This document shows, piece by piece, positions 50,227 to 60,878 of a stretch of DNA of 64,000 bases. Within the stretch, counting starts at the first letter, position 1, and each line of letters begins with the position of its first letter. Under the pieces are notes generated by a model. That model saw nothing but the letters and a program-made list of their open reading frames with translations, was not told the DNA's origin and did no database searches. Location of the stretch: IMG/VR virus record IMGVR_UViG_3300024999_000029, positions 285,051-349,050 of that record; one strand, written 5' to 3'. The translations under genes and the position numbers were made by a program.

Positions 50227-50736
50227 TTATTTGGCATCCGTAGAACCAAAGCCGCCCTGACGTTCTCCCTCGGCATTGTCATTATCTACAGTCAAAAACT
50301 TTTGAAATACTCCTTGCCCAATTCTGTCTCCCTTTTTTATCTCAACGTCATATGGAAAGAAGTTATAAAATCCAAACATTATTTCACCTTCATTACTTTC
50401 GTTGTTAAAATAGTCGCTCTCTACGCAGCCAACACCATTGCTCAGTACTAATCCTAGTTTAAATGGATTGCTAGAACGGTTATACATAAATAACCCTTCA
50501 TCATCTGGAAAATATGCTTTTATTCCTGTATGTATTAATGTTGGTTTGATTGCAGTAAAATCTTCTAACCCTTTAAAAAAGTTTATTGTATTGTTTGATA
50601 TTTGCTTCCATATGGAAGGTATTTTTATATCCTCTGCTGATTCTATATCGTAACCTACACTATGGGCGGTTGAGCGTTTTGGTAAGTTAATGTTCATATC
50701 TTTATATTTAGAAACTACGTCAAAATATCTAGTCAT
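50227..50736 (-). CDS. dut: dUTPase (trimeric)
   Basis: GYDI, RSS, GCVESDY, GDRIGQG, RQGGFGST. Confidence 0.92.
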   Translation of the reverse strand: MTRYFDVVSKYKDMNINLPKRSTAHSVGYDIESAEDIKIPSIWKQISNNTINFFKGLEDFTAIKPTLIHTGIKAYFPDDEGLFMYNRSSNPFKLGLVLSNGVGCVESDYFNNESNEGEIMFGFYNFFPYDVEIKKGDRIGQGVFQKFLTVDNDNAEGERQGGFGSTDAK

Positions 50737-50917
50737 TGTTTTCCTCCACTTTTATAAATAATTCACATATACATTCTTGCGTTTGGCGAAAATCTAGGCA
50801 GGGACACAAAGAATTTTCGTCGGTTAATATTCTGCAAGGACAATAGTTTGAATTTGCTTTTAGTTTTTCTCGTATTTGATTTACTTTTTCTTTATCTGGA
50901 TTTAATATTGCTTTCAT
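50729..50917 (-). CDS. ferredoxin-thioredoxin reductase catalytic-domain-like protein
   Basis: YCPCR...CPC...ECICELF. Confidence 0.75.
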   Translation of the reverse strand: MKAILNPDKEKVNQIREKLKANSNYCPCRILTDENSLCPCLDFRQTQECICELFIKVEENND

Positions 50918-51600
50918 TAAAACTCCCCTTTTATTGTAGTTTTTATAATCTTATTACACTTATTTTTTATATCTTTTAATTCTTTTACGCTATACGGTTT
51001 TACATCGCAATCAGATAAGTTTTTAGATTCAAACTGCTGCAATATATATTCAGTAACATTAAAACTTTTTAATACTTTAGCAATTTCTATACAATCTTCT
51101 GCATTCACAAATTTAGGATAAACAGTAGTTCTAAACTCGTATTGTATATTTGCATCTAAAATTAATTCTATTGATTCTAAAATGCGTAGATATTTAACCT
51201 CTTTGTTTGTAATTAAGTTGTATTTTTCTTCTGAAGTTTTAATATCCATCCCCACATAGCTTAAATAAGGAAGTATTTCATTTAATACCATGGGTTTGTT
51301 TCCATTAGTGTGAATTCCAACTGTGAACCCATTCATACAAAGTTCTTTAATTAAATCAGATATTCCAGACCACTCGGTACATTCTCCACCACTTATAACA
51401 ATATGATCTATGAAATTTTTACGCTTAATTAATTTAGGCAACACGTCTTTTTTGAAATTAATATTCTTTTGTTTTATTAATGGCTTATTGTGGCAAAAAT
51501 CACAATCCCAACTACATTGCCCAATGAACAATGTAGTTGAAATGTGTTGGGGGTAATCTAACATAGTAGACCAAACTACTGACTTAATCATCTTTTTCAA
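50917..51600 (-). CDS. nrdG: anaerobic RNR activase (radical SAM)
   Basis: CSWDCDFCHN, SGGE, YEFRTT. Confidence 0.85.
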   Translation of the reverse strand: MKKMIKSVVWSTMLDYPQHISTTLFIGQCSWDCDFCHNKPLIKQKNINFKKDVLPKLIKRKNFIDHIVISGGECTEWSGISDLIKELCMNGFTVGIHTNGNKPMVLNEILPYLSYVGMDIKTSEEKYNLITNKEVKYLRILESIELILDANIQYEFRTTVYPKFVNAEDCIEIAKVLKSFNVTEYILQQFESKNLSDCDVKPYSVKELKDIKNKCNKIIKTTIKGEF

Positions 51601-51817
51601 GCTTTACAACAGTTTTTAAATAATCTAAGTCGCCACTATAGTATTGGTCAGCCACGCCAATAACTGGCATTACATTAAACCCTTTTGCTATCATTTTCGC
51701 TTTTGTTCTAAAGTCAGCCATCGCATTTTTTTCTTCGTACTCTATATTATTTTCTTTCATAAAGCCCTTTAGCTCATCGCATCTTGTACATGATGGAATA
51801 GTATAAATCGTAATCAT
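51584..51817 (-). CDS. glutaredoxin-like (NrdH)
   Basis: IYTIPSCTRC. Confidence 0.8.
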   Translation of the reverse strand: MITIYTIPSCTRCDELKGFMKENNIEYEEKNAMADFRTKAKMIAKGFNVMPVIGVADQYYSGDLDYLKTVVKLEKDD

Positions 51818-51826
51818 ATGCTCCTC

Positions 51827-53317
51827 CTAATATGTTTCTCTTTTTCTGTCTTTTAGTTCTGCCTTTTTGCTTGAATTAAACTTATTTATTTGTACCATAT
51901 AGCCAGTAATTCTTGTTTGCGATATTAAATCTTCACCCCCGCATATAGGACATTGTTCCAATAATCCACCAAAGGTTTTTTTACAAACTTTACAGGCGGT
52001 TTGTTCGGGAGAATTTACGTTTTGCACACAATCAGTTTCAAGCCATATCTTTTCAATTAAGTTGTATATAGCTTTTGGTGAAGGTTTCTTTTCCCCAGTC
52101 CATGTATGAATCATACTCCCTGCCTCAACCAATGGATGAAACTTTGATTGCTCTGTCAATCTGGTAATGTAATCAATATCACTGTCCGTCGCAAAATGTA
52201 CGGAATTAGTATAATAAACTCCAAATTCATTTTCTTTATGAAAAGCTTTATCTCCATATTTCTTTATATCAAGTTTGGCAAATCTCCCTGCTGTAGATTC
52301 GGCGGGGGATTCTTCCAGCTTCATCCCGATTTTATATTTTTCATTCAAGTCTTTTATTTTCATATTCATAAACGTAATAATTTCGATACCTTTTTCAAAC
52401 GCTTCGTCTGACTCATGCAGCTCTTTCCCAATTAAATTATATACACATTCATTTAAACCAACTATTCCAATTAAATATGAGCCATTTTCAAGTCTAACAT
52501 AAGGCTTACCATCCATACCTTCGGTATAATATTTTAGAGGGGAATCTTTTAATTTTGTTAAACTCCAAACATAGTCACGCCTAATTATATGCGCTCTTGC
52601 CGATAGCTCCATCCTATATTCAAGCTCTTCGTAGAACTTATCTTCGTCTTTCCCTACTTGTAGCGGAATATTAGGAAGGCTTATTGATACATTTTGTATT
52701 CCTACAAACCTCAATTCTTCTGGGGTAGATATTAACTTCTTATCTTCTTCGGTAAAGGTTATGCTTAATCGACAGCACTGTGAGATGCTAAATGCATTTC
52801 TATCAAATATCTGGTAAACACTTCCCTTTTCACTAATCGCTTCACACGCCAACATTAATAATGCTTTAGATTGAGGATTTGAAAATGCTTCATCATTAAT
52901 ATGAAGATTAATTTTAGGGAAAGCAAACGTTAGTCCCAATGCGTCCCCTTGCTTACTTACTTCAAGAATTGCTTTTAAAAACAATTTAGACTCTTTATCA
53001 AAGTCTTGATATGTAAGAACTTTATAATCATGTTCTTTTGCAAATTCCTTGGCTTTTTCTTGTGTATCTAAATAATGCAAACCTCCAAGGTTATCTTCTA
53101 CAATATATTTGCCACCATTACCCATTGCCAATACGGACTTATAGTGGTTTGGGATATTCAAATATACATTAAAATCTGTAAAACTTACTTGACCGCCTTT
53201 TGCTCCAGCTAGTTGTGACAGATCAAATATTAAAGTTTGCGCAAGTTGTTTGATATCTTTATATTTCATGCCTCTAATCATTGGCGCAAAGAATATATTA
53301 AGTCCTTCCCATCCTAT
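51827..53317 (-). CDS. nrdD: class III ribonucleotide reductase, exon 2
   Basis: SQCCRL, ESPAES, YYTNS, CxxC..CPIC, TRITGY glycyl radical motif. Confidence 0.9.
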   Translation of the reverse strand: MGWEGLNIFFAPMIRGMKYKDIKQLAQTLIFDLSQLAGAKGGQVSFTDFNVYLNIPNHYKSVLAMGNGGKYIVEDNLGGLHYLDTQEKAKEFAKEHDYKVLTYQDFDKESKLFLKAILEVSKQGDALGLTFAFPKINLHINDEAFSNPQSKALLMLACEAISEKGSVYQIFDRNAFSISQCCRLSITFTEEDKKLISTPEELRFVGIQNVSISLPNIPLQVGKDEDKFYEELEYRMELSARAHIIRRDYVWSLTKLKDSPLKYYTEGMDGKPYVRLENGSYLIGIVGLNECVYNLIGKELHESDEAFEKGIEIITFMNMKIKDLNEKYKIGMKLEESPAESTAGRFAKLDIKKYGDKAFHKENEFGVYYTNSVHFATDSDIDYITRLTEQSKFHPLVEAGSMIHTWTGEKKPSPKAIYNLIEKIWLETDCVQNVNSPEQTACKVCKKTFGGLLEQCPICGGEDLISQTRITGYMVQINKFNSSKKAELKDRKRETY

Positions 53318-54216
53318 CGCCTTTTCCATATTTTTCAATATCGGGCTGACTATATCTTTATCCTTCTTAAAGGATAGGATGCACTTCGCAATAATGAATT
53401 TCACATTAAAGCTACTCTACTCACTATAATTTTAAATTATGTTTTCGATAGTCGATACACCTTTTATATTTGTATATGTTTCCAACTATTTCTTTTAATA
53501 ATATTCTCTAATGTGCTTTTAGGAATATTATAATCTTTTGACATCTTACTCCATGATGCATATTTGCCTCTGATTAATATTTTTATTACATCCTCGTCAT
53601 TTAGCTTTGTTGCATTGTTATTTTCTCCAACTTGATTTATTAATCCAACAAAATATGCATGATCTATATTTCCTTTATTAGAAATCCATTCTAAGTTATC
53701 TTCTCTATTGTTACTTTTATTACCATCTTTGTGATTTACTTGCGGAAGATAAAAAGGATTCTCTATAAAATGGATAGCAACCAATCTATGTACTTGAATT
53801 GTTTTCTTTTTTATTCCATTATACAAAGTAACGTTTTTATATCCTCTTATATTTTTATATTTCATTTCTATTGGTTTTATCCTACCAAAAGAAATAATTT
53901 TACCTGTATTGGATATTTTATATCTTTTGTCATATCCTTTTATATATTTCCATATTTCTTCTATATGACGTACCTCCTATTGTTTGAATTTAGCACAATA
54001 ACATCATAGTTGGGTTTTCAAATATAACTTGGCACGGTATTACCTGCTATCTCCTCATGAGACCGTAGGCTTTCTTAGAAAGTGTATTCGTGCAATATGC
54101 CTTATTTAACTTTTACCGTTAGCAGTAGCATAAGTCTTAACTACCACACCCTGCATTTACAGGTTCACATCCTTATTTTTTCTATTCATTACTGAATAGT
54201 GTGCCATCTATTACAT
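53318..54216 (-). ncRNA. group I intron in nrdD
   Basis: P1 gugcU|au / auGgcac with U.G; terminal G; P7 ucGACUAu...auAUAGUCa; splice gives FAGA|IGWEG. Confidence 0.85.
53464..53964 (-). CDS. intron-encoded NUMOD4-HNH homing endonuclease; probable ATA start
   Basis: AGGAGG-8nt-ATA GAA GAA ATA TGG (MEEIWK); VHRLVA..F, VNHKDGNKSNN..DNLEW. Confidence 0.8.
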   Translation of the reverse strand: MEEIWKYIKGYDKRYKISNTGKIISFGRIKPIEMKYKNIRGYKNVTLYNGIKKKTIQVHRLVAIHFIENPFYLPQVNHKDGNKSNNREDNLEWISNKGNIDHAYFVGLINQVGENNNATKLNDEDVIKILIRGKYASWSKMSKDYNIPKSTLENIIKRNSWKHIQI

Positions 54217-54873
54217 AGCACCTGCAAATAAGCTTGTGTAGAACTGAGTAATAGAGCAAATATGCCTAACTAGTACCTCTGCACTATTTGCTGGACTAGA
54301 TGTAGATGGTATAGTAGATATATTTTTAATTCCATTCTTCTTTATATACTCTGGAGAATGTCCTGAACAATAGTATCTCGTTATCATTCCTAGATCGTGA
54401 ATATGTATTTTTCCCTCAAGATGAGCCTTAGATATTTCAGTTTCAAATATTTTCTTTAAAGCGAATTCTTTTAACACTCTTTCTGCAATTGTAAGGTTAA
54501 TACTTTCGGGATTGTGTGATGTATTCCCGTTTTCGCTATTACTATTTTCAATTATTTGTTGAATATCATATAAAGACATAGTTATTTCAGAATCGGAGTT
54601 TAGCTGTTTATTAAATCCTTTTTCATATAATACAACATTTACAAAGCTTCTAATTAAAGACGTTGTAATTGTTTTTAGTTCTAATTTTAATAGTTTATCG
54701 CTTACTGTATGTGCGACTTCTTTAGCTATGTCTTCTGGACAATCCAATTCTTTAATTAATGATTCAGCTATTCTACTTTCATCAAATTCAAAGAAATCCT
54801 CTTGCGTTGTTGATTCAACCATTAGTGCTATGTCTGTAGAATTGTTTTTACTAGTTCTTTTTTTAACCCTCAT
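54217..54873 (-). CDS. nrdD: class III ribonucleotide reductase, exon 1 (ATP cone)
   Basis: FDESRI, AHLEGKIHIHDL, YYC. Confidence 0.9.
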
Positions 54874-54900
54874 ATATTTCCTCCTGTTTTATATTTTGGT

Positions 54901-55122
54901 TTAATGAATTTCTTTAGAAGAACTTGTTTCTGTATTACTCATCAATTCCAACATCTCTAACCCACGAATAGAATCTAATACTAGCTCTCCAGAAGAATAA
55001 ACTAACCCACCTATATCGTTTAATGTCTTTTCAGTAGTATCCTCCAATAAATAGCTATAGACTTTTGCTAATCTTGCATTCACTAATTTCAAATCTTCCA
55101 ACATAGCATTTCTAATACTCAT
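54901..55122 (-). CDS. hypothetical protein
   Basis: ORF, RBS. Confidence 0.55.
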   Translation of the reverse strand: MSIRNAMLEDLKLVNARLAKVYSYLLEDTTEKTLNDIGGLVYSSGELVLDSIRGLEMLELMSNTETSSSKEIH

Positions 55123-55577
55123 AAATCTATCTCCTCTTCATGTTAAATTATACACTACCCAGTAATAAAGTCAATAACTATTTTATATTTTAGTTTATTG
55201 ACTTTGTATAAAAACAGAGTTTAATCGAAATCTTCTTCCTCAAATTCTATTTCATTGCCAAAGAGAGTGCTTTTTAAATAAATTATATATCCCAGCATTC
55301 TTATTTTGTTTAATTCTAATGCTCTAACTTCATATTCTACAGTATCAATTACATCTTTTATATCTTGAAAATTTGTTACCCATTGTCTTATATCCATAAT
55401 AATTTCTCCTATTGATTTTTCTTTTTTGAATATATCTCTTTCCCATCTGCTGTTTTCACTCTAGCATAATTAACATTAGTTTTATTTACTTCATACTCTT
55501 CTTTACTACAAGTCACCCAAGTATTTTCTTCCAGAAAGTTTAAAAAGTAATTTTCAAAACTATTATCTTTCATTTTA

Positions 55578-55778
55578 TTACTCCTCATGGATTCTATTTT
55601 TAATACTCTTAACTGCTAAATCCATTGCGTCAGCAAAAATATGTTCATCTAATTTTTCAAAATCAAAATAGTCAACTTCTTCTCTTTTTTCTGGTTCTCT
55701 AATGATGTTTAAAATAGCATTTGAAATTGATTTAGCATATCTTACGGTTAACATTTGTTCCTTGGTTAATTCAAACAT
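55578..55778 (-). CDS. hypothetical protein
   Basis: ORF, RBS. Confidence 0.55.
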   Translation of the reverse strand: MFELTKEQMLTVRYAKSISNAILNIIREPEKREEVDYFDFEKLDEHIFADAMDLAVKSIKNRIHEE

Positions 55779-55814
55779 TTGGATCTCCTTTTTAATTTCA
55801 TCGAATTCGATGGT

Positions 55815-56024
55815 TTAAATTATTTTATTCATATCATAGTTATCTCTTATGTAGTCTACTAAATCATTCATTGTGGAAATTACATGTTCATCATTTCTAA
55901 TACAAGGATGCATGTTTAGCATACAAGAGTTCTTCTTCCCTTTTGTTTTAAAGTGCTGATAATTAAAGTTTATAAATAATAACGGAATTTGTGTGAGGTT
56001 TTTAGTAAACAATTTTGTAAACAT
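55815..56024 (-). CDS. hypothetical protein
   Basis: ORF, RBS. Confidence 0.55.
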   Translation of the reverse strand: MFTKLFTKNLTQIPLLFINFNYQHFKTKGKKNSCMLNMHPCIRNDEHVISTMNDLVDYIRDNYDMNKII

Positions 56025-56073
56025 GGTTTTCTCCTTTCGTTAAAGATATTTTCATTTAGATGAATTATTTTTA

Positions 56074-56343
56074 TTAAAAATTTAGAATAGATTGTTTTTT
56101 CAGTGCACTTAAATACTGCTTTCCTTTTTCAGTTATAAAAATGTAGTCATTGTCAATCTTTAGCCTTCCAATAAGAACATTTGTCTCGATTAAGTCATCC
56201 AAACTCACATTAGCATTAAAGAAAAAAGTGCTGGCATATTTAGTGTTTAAATTATCAATCAATGCCCCAATCGTTATTCCATCTGATGAACTAATAATAT
56301 CGAACACACCGCATGTTTTTTCTTCTAGCATTGTTACACACAT
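56074..56343 (-). CDS. winged-helix-like hypothetical protein
   Basis: ITEKGKQYL wing motif. Confidence 0.55.
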   Translation of the reverse strand: MCVTMLEEKTCGVFDIISSSDGITIGALIDNLNTKYASTFFFNANVSLDDLIETNVLIGRLKIDNDYIFITEKGKQYLSALKKQSILNF

Positions 56344-56414
56344 ATTATACCTCCTTGTTTAGACGATATGATTATTTGTTTGTTCTCCATAATAATTTCT
56401 CCTTTTAATATATT

Positions 56415-56699
56415 TTAGTTTAATTGTTTCCCTATGTTTTTTATCTCATCTCTTGCCTCTTTAAGTATTTCTTTAAATTCTTTCAATGTAACCAATCCTG
56501 CGCTATCTACCTTTTCAGCCACAAACAGCTTTAGCAATTTTTCAAATAGATTATCCCAATTGCCAAAGTATCCTTCTGCTGTCCACACTACTGTTTCTTC
56601 TTTTGTGGTTTTGTTCTTACTAATACCTTTTTTCTGTAGTGTGAATTGCTTATCCTCCACATTTACTCTGTAATCGTCGGTAAGTATTACTGCTCCCAT
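56415..56699 (-). CDS. hypothetical protein
   Basis: ORF, RBS. Confidence 0.6.
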   Translation of the reverse strand: MGAVILTDDYRVNVEDKQFTLQKKGISKNKTTKEETVVWTAEGYFGNWDNLFEKLLKLFVAEKVDSAGLVTLKEFKEILKEARDEIKNIGKQLN

Positions 56700-56725
56700 A
56701 ATTTTATTCTCCTTTATATTTTTAT

Positions 56726-56908
56726 TTAATCTAAATCTCTTTTATCACATTGTTTTTCTTCATCCCACCAGCCTCCAGCTTGTTCTTGTGGTGTACAAGG
56801 ATTGTCTGATCTTTTTTCAAGTAGTTCACGATAACATTCTTCTTGTGTCTTCCCGTTAAATCGACTTCTTAAATATGCATCTCCCCAACATTTTTCGCAC
56901 CCTGCCAT
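56726..56908 (-). CDS. small Cys-rich hypothetical protein
   Basis: ORF, RBS. Confidence 0.55.
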   Translation of the reverse strand: MAGCEKCWGDAYLRSRFNGKTQEECYRELLEKRSDNPCTPQEQAGGWWDEEKQCDKRDLD

Positions 56909-56943
56909 TATTTTTCTCCTTTCATATAAAATTGGGATTTGGT

Positions 56944-57228
56944 TTAATCTATAATTTTAATGTTTTTTCTTCTATCTATTTCTTCTGCTCTTTTATATGC
57001 GTCATCTAAATTATTATATAAACTCTTTGAATTATCTATAAAACAATAATCATTGTAATCTATTCTATAATTCCATATATTCGTAAAAGAAATAGACGAT
57101 ATTTCAGTTTTCACAATCATGATTTTTCCAAATCTTTTATAAACATAATACACTGTTTGAAATGTATGAAATTTAGGAGTATATACCTTTTCTTCCCCAT
57201 TATTTTCTATAACTAGCTTTATATTCAT
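56944..57228 (-). CDS. hypothetical protein
   Basis: ORF, RBS. Confidence 0.55.
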   Translation of the reverse strand: MNIKLVIENNGEEKVYTPKFHTFQTVYYVYKRFGKIMIVKTEISSISFTNIWNYRIDYNDYCFIDNSKSLYNNLDDAYKRAEEIDRRKNIKIID

Positions 57229-57281
57229 ATTTTCTCCCTTTCTTTTTAAATAAAATTTTGCTTTTATCTTAATTTTATATT

Positions 57282-58730
57282 TTACTTTATTAATAAGTTA
57301 TTAAATATTTCTTCTAATACATTAACTACTATTGAATTACCAGCCATTTTATAAAGTTGAGTATCGGATATTTCATTCTCTTTTAATATGTAATAATCTT
57401 CATCATCAAATCCCATAAGTCGCAAACATTCTTTTGGAGTGAGTTTTCTAATCCGATATAATTCATGAATTAATACTGTTGCACTACTTGTTGTGCTTCC
57501 ACATTGTGTTGTTTGTGTTGGTGCAATATCATTTATTTCTGTCTTATTGTAGGGGTTGAACATACTTGGAATATATCCATTTTCTTTAATAAACTCGTTA
57601 TATTTGTCTTGAACAAATTTTTGATTTTCTAAATACAATCCCGTATGACTACCTATCCCACCTCCATTAGATTTTTGACAGCAAGCAATCCCTTTACTAT
57701 CGTAAACCCTATATCCTTCTTTATAGTTTCTACTTAAATCTTTTTCATTTTCAATCCATTTATCTGTGACATCAATACCTCCAATAAATCTTAACTTATT
57801 TTCTTCTAATATTTTAGGTTGCCTATTGCCTCCACTCATAGTATTTAATGTAGGACTTAATCCGTCAGAAGAGTAGACTCTTCTGACCTGCTCATTGCCT
57901 CTAATATCCAACATGCCAAGCTGAAGAATTCTAACTGGGTCTTTGAAGTCTCTTGCTTTAAGTGTTGGACATATTCCGTTTTCCGAATATACATCTAACC
58001 CATGATGACCCGTATTTCCAACATTACCAACTATATTTAGACTATTATCATTATTTAAGATTTTTTCTTTGTTTAATAATTGGTTAATTAATTTATTTGT
58101 TTTCTCTTGACTTATATAATATTTTTCATCTACCTCATTTTCTAAAATATCTTTAAGTCTTATCCCATTATCAAATTCTTCTGGAAACTCAAATGTTTTA
58201 TTATCAACATCTTTTCTAATGCTAATTATAAATATTCTTTCTCTATTTTGGGGTACTCCAAAATCTTTTGCATTTAATACTTTCCAATAATTATTGTATC
58301 CCGCATCATCTAAATCTTTTAATATCTGGTCAAAATCATTCTTAAATTTCTTTTGTGTTAGTGCCTTTACATTTTCAATTATTGAATATTTAGGTTTTTT
58401 GCATTGTAATATTCTTAACCCTTCATAATACAAACCACTTCTTGTTTTATTGCCTTCTTCATCTATGAAACCTTTTTGTTTTCCTGCTGTAGAAATATCG
58501 GTACATGGAAAACCCCAAGTCATCAAATCAAAATCTTGTAATTCGGTTTCATTAACTTTGGTTATATCTCCAAGATTTAATTCTTCATTTTTATTATGTA
58601 TAAGGCTATAGGATTTACTTGCCCAACGATCTATTTCTGAATAGCCAATTAATTCATATGTAAAATTTATTCTTTGTAAAGCTTTTTCAAATGCCCCAAT
58701 GCCTGAAAATAAACTTAAAACTTTTAACAT
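57282..58730 (-). CDS. dcm: C5 cytosine DNA methyltransferase with long multi-TRD variable region
   Basis: LFSGIG, GFPC, ENV, QNRER, RKLTPKECLRLMGF, AGNSIVV. Confidence 0.92.
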   Translation of the reverse strand: MLKVLSLFSGIGAFEKALQRINFTYELIGYSEIDRWASKSYSLIHNKNEELNLGDITKVNETELQDFDLMTWGFPCTDISTAGKQKGFIDEEGNKTRSGLYYEGLRILQCKKPKYSIIENVKALTQKKFKNDFDQILKDLDDAGYNNYWKVLNAKDFGVPQNRERIFIISIRKDVDNKTFEFPEEFDNGIRLKDILENEVDEKYYISQEKTNKLINQLLNKEKILNNDNSLNIVGNVGNTGHHGLDVYSENGICPTLKARDFKDPVRILQLGMLDIRGNEQVRRVYSSDGLSPTLNTMSGGNRQPKILEENKLRFIGGIDVTDKWIENEKDLSRNYKEGYRVYDSKGIACCQKSNGGGIGSHTGLYLENQKFVQDKYNEFIKENGYIPSMFNPYNKTEINDIAPTQTTQCGSTTSSATVLIHELYRIRKLTPKECLRLMGFDDEDYYILKENEISDTQLYKMAGNSIVVNVLEEIFNNLLIK

Positions 58731-58756
58731 TTATACCCTCACTTTTATATTTTGTA

Positions 58757-59479
58757 TTATTGCATGAAACTATTTAACCATCGCTCAATTCTAGTGTATC
58801 TTTCTTGATTGAATAATTTATTTTTAGGAATAAACCACACATTCCAATCCAATTTTCTTTTCTTGCTGTTGCAGCTTTTACATGCGGGTATACAATTATC
58901 AATTTGATTAGAGCCGTTATTGATTGCATGTTCCTTATGTAGTTTATTATTATATCTTTCTTTAGCATTTTCTTCAGGCATTCCGCAAAATGAGCATTGA
59001 TAATTAAAATAATTTTTACATTTAATCCATTCTTCTTCTGAAATATCATGTTCTTTATGCATTTCTCTTTCAATTCTGTATTTTTTCATTTTGTCTGGAT
59101 TAGCTTTTTGATATTCTTTAGTATAGTTATAAATATCCTCTTTATTATTTTCTCGCCAAACGATCATTTTTAATTTTTCTTGCTCCATATTGTCTTGATA
59201 ATATTGCTTTCTTTGGACGCTACGGTCGTCTCGGTGTTCATAATAATATTTCGTAGCTTCATCTTGTAAATATTCTTTATTATTGCTGTAATAGTTTTTA
59301 TTGTTTTCTTTTTGACAAACTATACAAAAATCATTAACTTTATCTCGGTTGCTATTATTTTTTCTAAAATTATCTTGATTCATAATGAACCATTCTTTGC
59401 ATTTTTTACATTGTTTATATTCCATACCATTAATAGTCTTATGATAATCTTCATATTTTCTATAGCTAATATTTAACAT
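58757..59479 (-). CDS. HNH endonuclease
   Basis: CSFCG...HKEH...NCIPACKSCNSKK. Confidence 0.8.
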   Translation of the reverse strand: MLNISYRKYEDYHKTINGMEYKQCKKCKEWFIMNQDNFRKNNSNRDKVNDFCIVCQKENNKNYYSNNKEYLQDEATKYYYEHRDDRSVQRKQYYQDNMEQEKLKMIVWRENNKEDIYNYTKEYQKANPDKMKKYRIEREMHKEHDISEEEWIKCKNYFNYQCSFCGMPEENAKERYNNKLHKEHAINNGSNQIDNCIPACKSCNSKKRKLDWNVWFIPKNKLFNQERYTRIERWLNSFMQ

Positions 59480-59519
59480 CTCCTCTTAAATTTTCACTTT
59501 TCGATATATTAATCTATCT

Positions 59520-59939
59520 TTAAAATATTACTACCATACTTGGAAACGGAGCTGAATTTTTACTGCAACCAAACTTCAGCCTACCTTTTATAAACCTAAT
59601 CTTTGCCTTGCCATATATGTAATCATGAAACCACCGTGTATCAGTTCTTGCTGGTAATAGCATAACTACTTTTGTATTTTGTCTTATTCCCTCTTCATAG
59701 CTTTTTTTAACCCATTTGCCTATTTCCCTGCCGTAAGGAGGGTTCACAAAGACTATTTCGCCACTCCAATCTTGTTCTAAGCCGTTATTTTCTATGGTGA
59801 AATACAAATTACATTTTGCATTTTCTGGCGTAGCGCAAGGATCTAAGGTGAAATGAAATTCTTTATCTAATTTGTCAAAGAAATCTTGAGGAGTAGCCCA
59901 AAGATCTGTTTGACTGCTAAACATTAAATCTGTATTCAT
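59520..59939 (-). CDS. phage N6-adenine DNA methyltransferase
   Basis: WATPQDFF, NPPY, PARTDT, APFPS. Confidence 0.9.
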   Translation of the reverse strand: MNTDLMFSSQTDLWATPQDFFDKLDKEFHFTLDPCATPENAKCNLYFTIENNGLEQDWSGEIVFVNPPYGREIGKWVKKSYEEGIRQNTKVVMLLPARTDTRWFHDYIYGKAKIRFIKGRLKFGCSKNSAPFPSMVVIF

Positions 59940-59991
59940 TTTAACCTCACTGTTTTATATTTTAGTTAATTACGATCAAACTTTACTTTTA

Positions 59992-60348
59992 TTAAATAAT
60001 TTTTATTTCATTTTCAGACCAATAATCACCTAACTCTAAACACCTATAAACATCCAAATCCCCACAATGATGCGCTCGCTCTACAGTAACAAGACAACCT
60101 ATGTATTTTATCTTCCATGATTTATTATTTTCTTCTTTTTCATTAATCTCTTTGTATAAATGATACATACCAGTTTGATTAATATCATCTACAGCAATAA
60201 TTTTAGCTTTGTATTGTTCACTATGATAATGCAAATTTCTGTCGTAAATTTTACCAGTCTTAATTCCAACATAATCTCTATTTTCATTTAATAAACATTC
60301 TTCGTTCAAACCCATGCAATTATTTTTCCACACATGATATATTTGCAT
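59992..60348 (-). CDS. hypothetical protein
   Basis: ORF, RBS. Confidence 0.55.
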   Translation of the reverse strand: MQIYHVWKNNCMGLNEECLLNENRDYVGIKTGKIYDRNLHYHSEQYKAKIIAVDDINQTGMYHLYKEINEKEENNKSWKIKYIGCLVTVERAHHCGDLDVYRCLELGDYWSENEIKII

Positions 60349-60451
60349 ATTATCCTCACTTTCTATAAAACTGCATTTTTATTGTAATTCTTCCTCTACG
60401 GGCAGTAATGTTTCAGCCTCCGCTTTTTTAAAAATCATGTCTGACCATTGC

Positions 60452-60877
60452 TCAAATACGTTTTTCATCGTTTTTCTCCTCTAAAATTTTAACTTTAGCT
60501 AATTCTTCAGTATTTGAAGATTTCATCGGCTCATGAAAATTAACTGTACTTCCACCTTGGGGATATTTATACCAACTCATATCATGTCTAAGTACTTGTA
60601 TCAAATCCCATGAAATTTTTGAATCTTCATGCGTTTGAGAGTTAAAAATTCCATAATATGAATTATAAGATAATTCTGGGAAGTATATATTTCTTAATAT
60701 TTGTATTGCATCTTCTTCGTCTTTTGTAGAGAAGTATTTATTTAACTCTCTATTTACTCTTAGCCTAAATAAACTTGATATCTCATTCAATTGACCCATT
60801 ATTAATCTACTATAAAGGTCTAATGCGTTTTGAATTACATATGCTTGTTGCTCTGACACTTCTAATTGAACTCTCAT
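60452..60877 (-). CDS. hypothetical protein
   Basis: ORF, RBS. Confidence 0.6.
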   Translation of the reverse strand: MRVQLEVSEQQAYVIQNALDLYSRLIMGQLNEISSLFRLRVNRELNKYFSTKDEEDAIQILRNIYFPELSYNSYYGIFNSQTHEDSKISWDLIQVLRHDMSWYKYPQGGSTVNFHEPMKSSNTEELAKVKILEEKNDEKRI

Positions 60878-60878
60878 A

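Noticed and set aside
53318-53404. N-terminus of the 51827..53404 ORF
   Set aside because: Translated intron sequence, not NrdD
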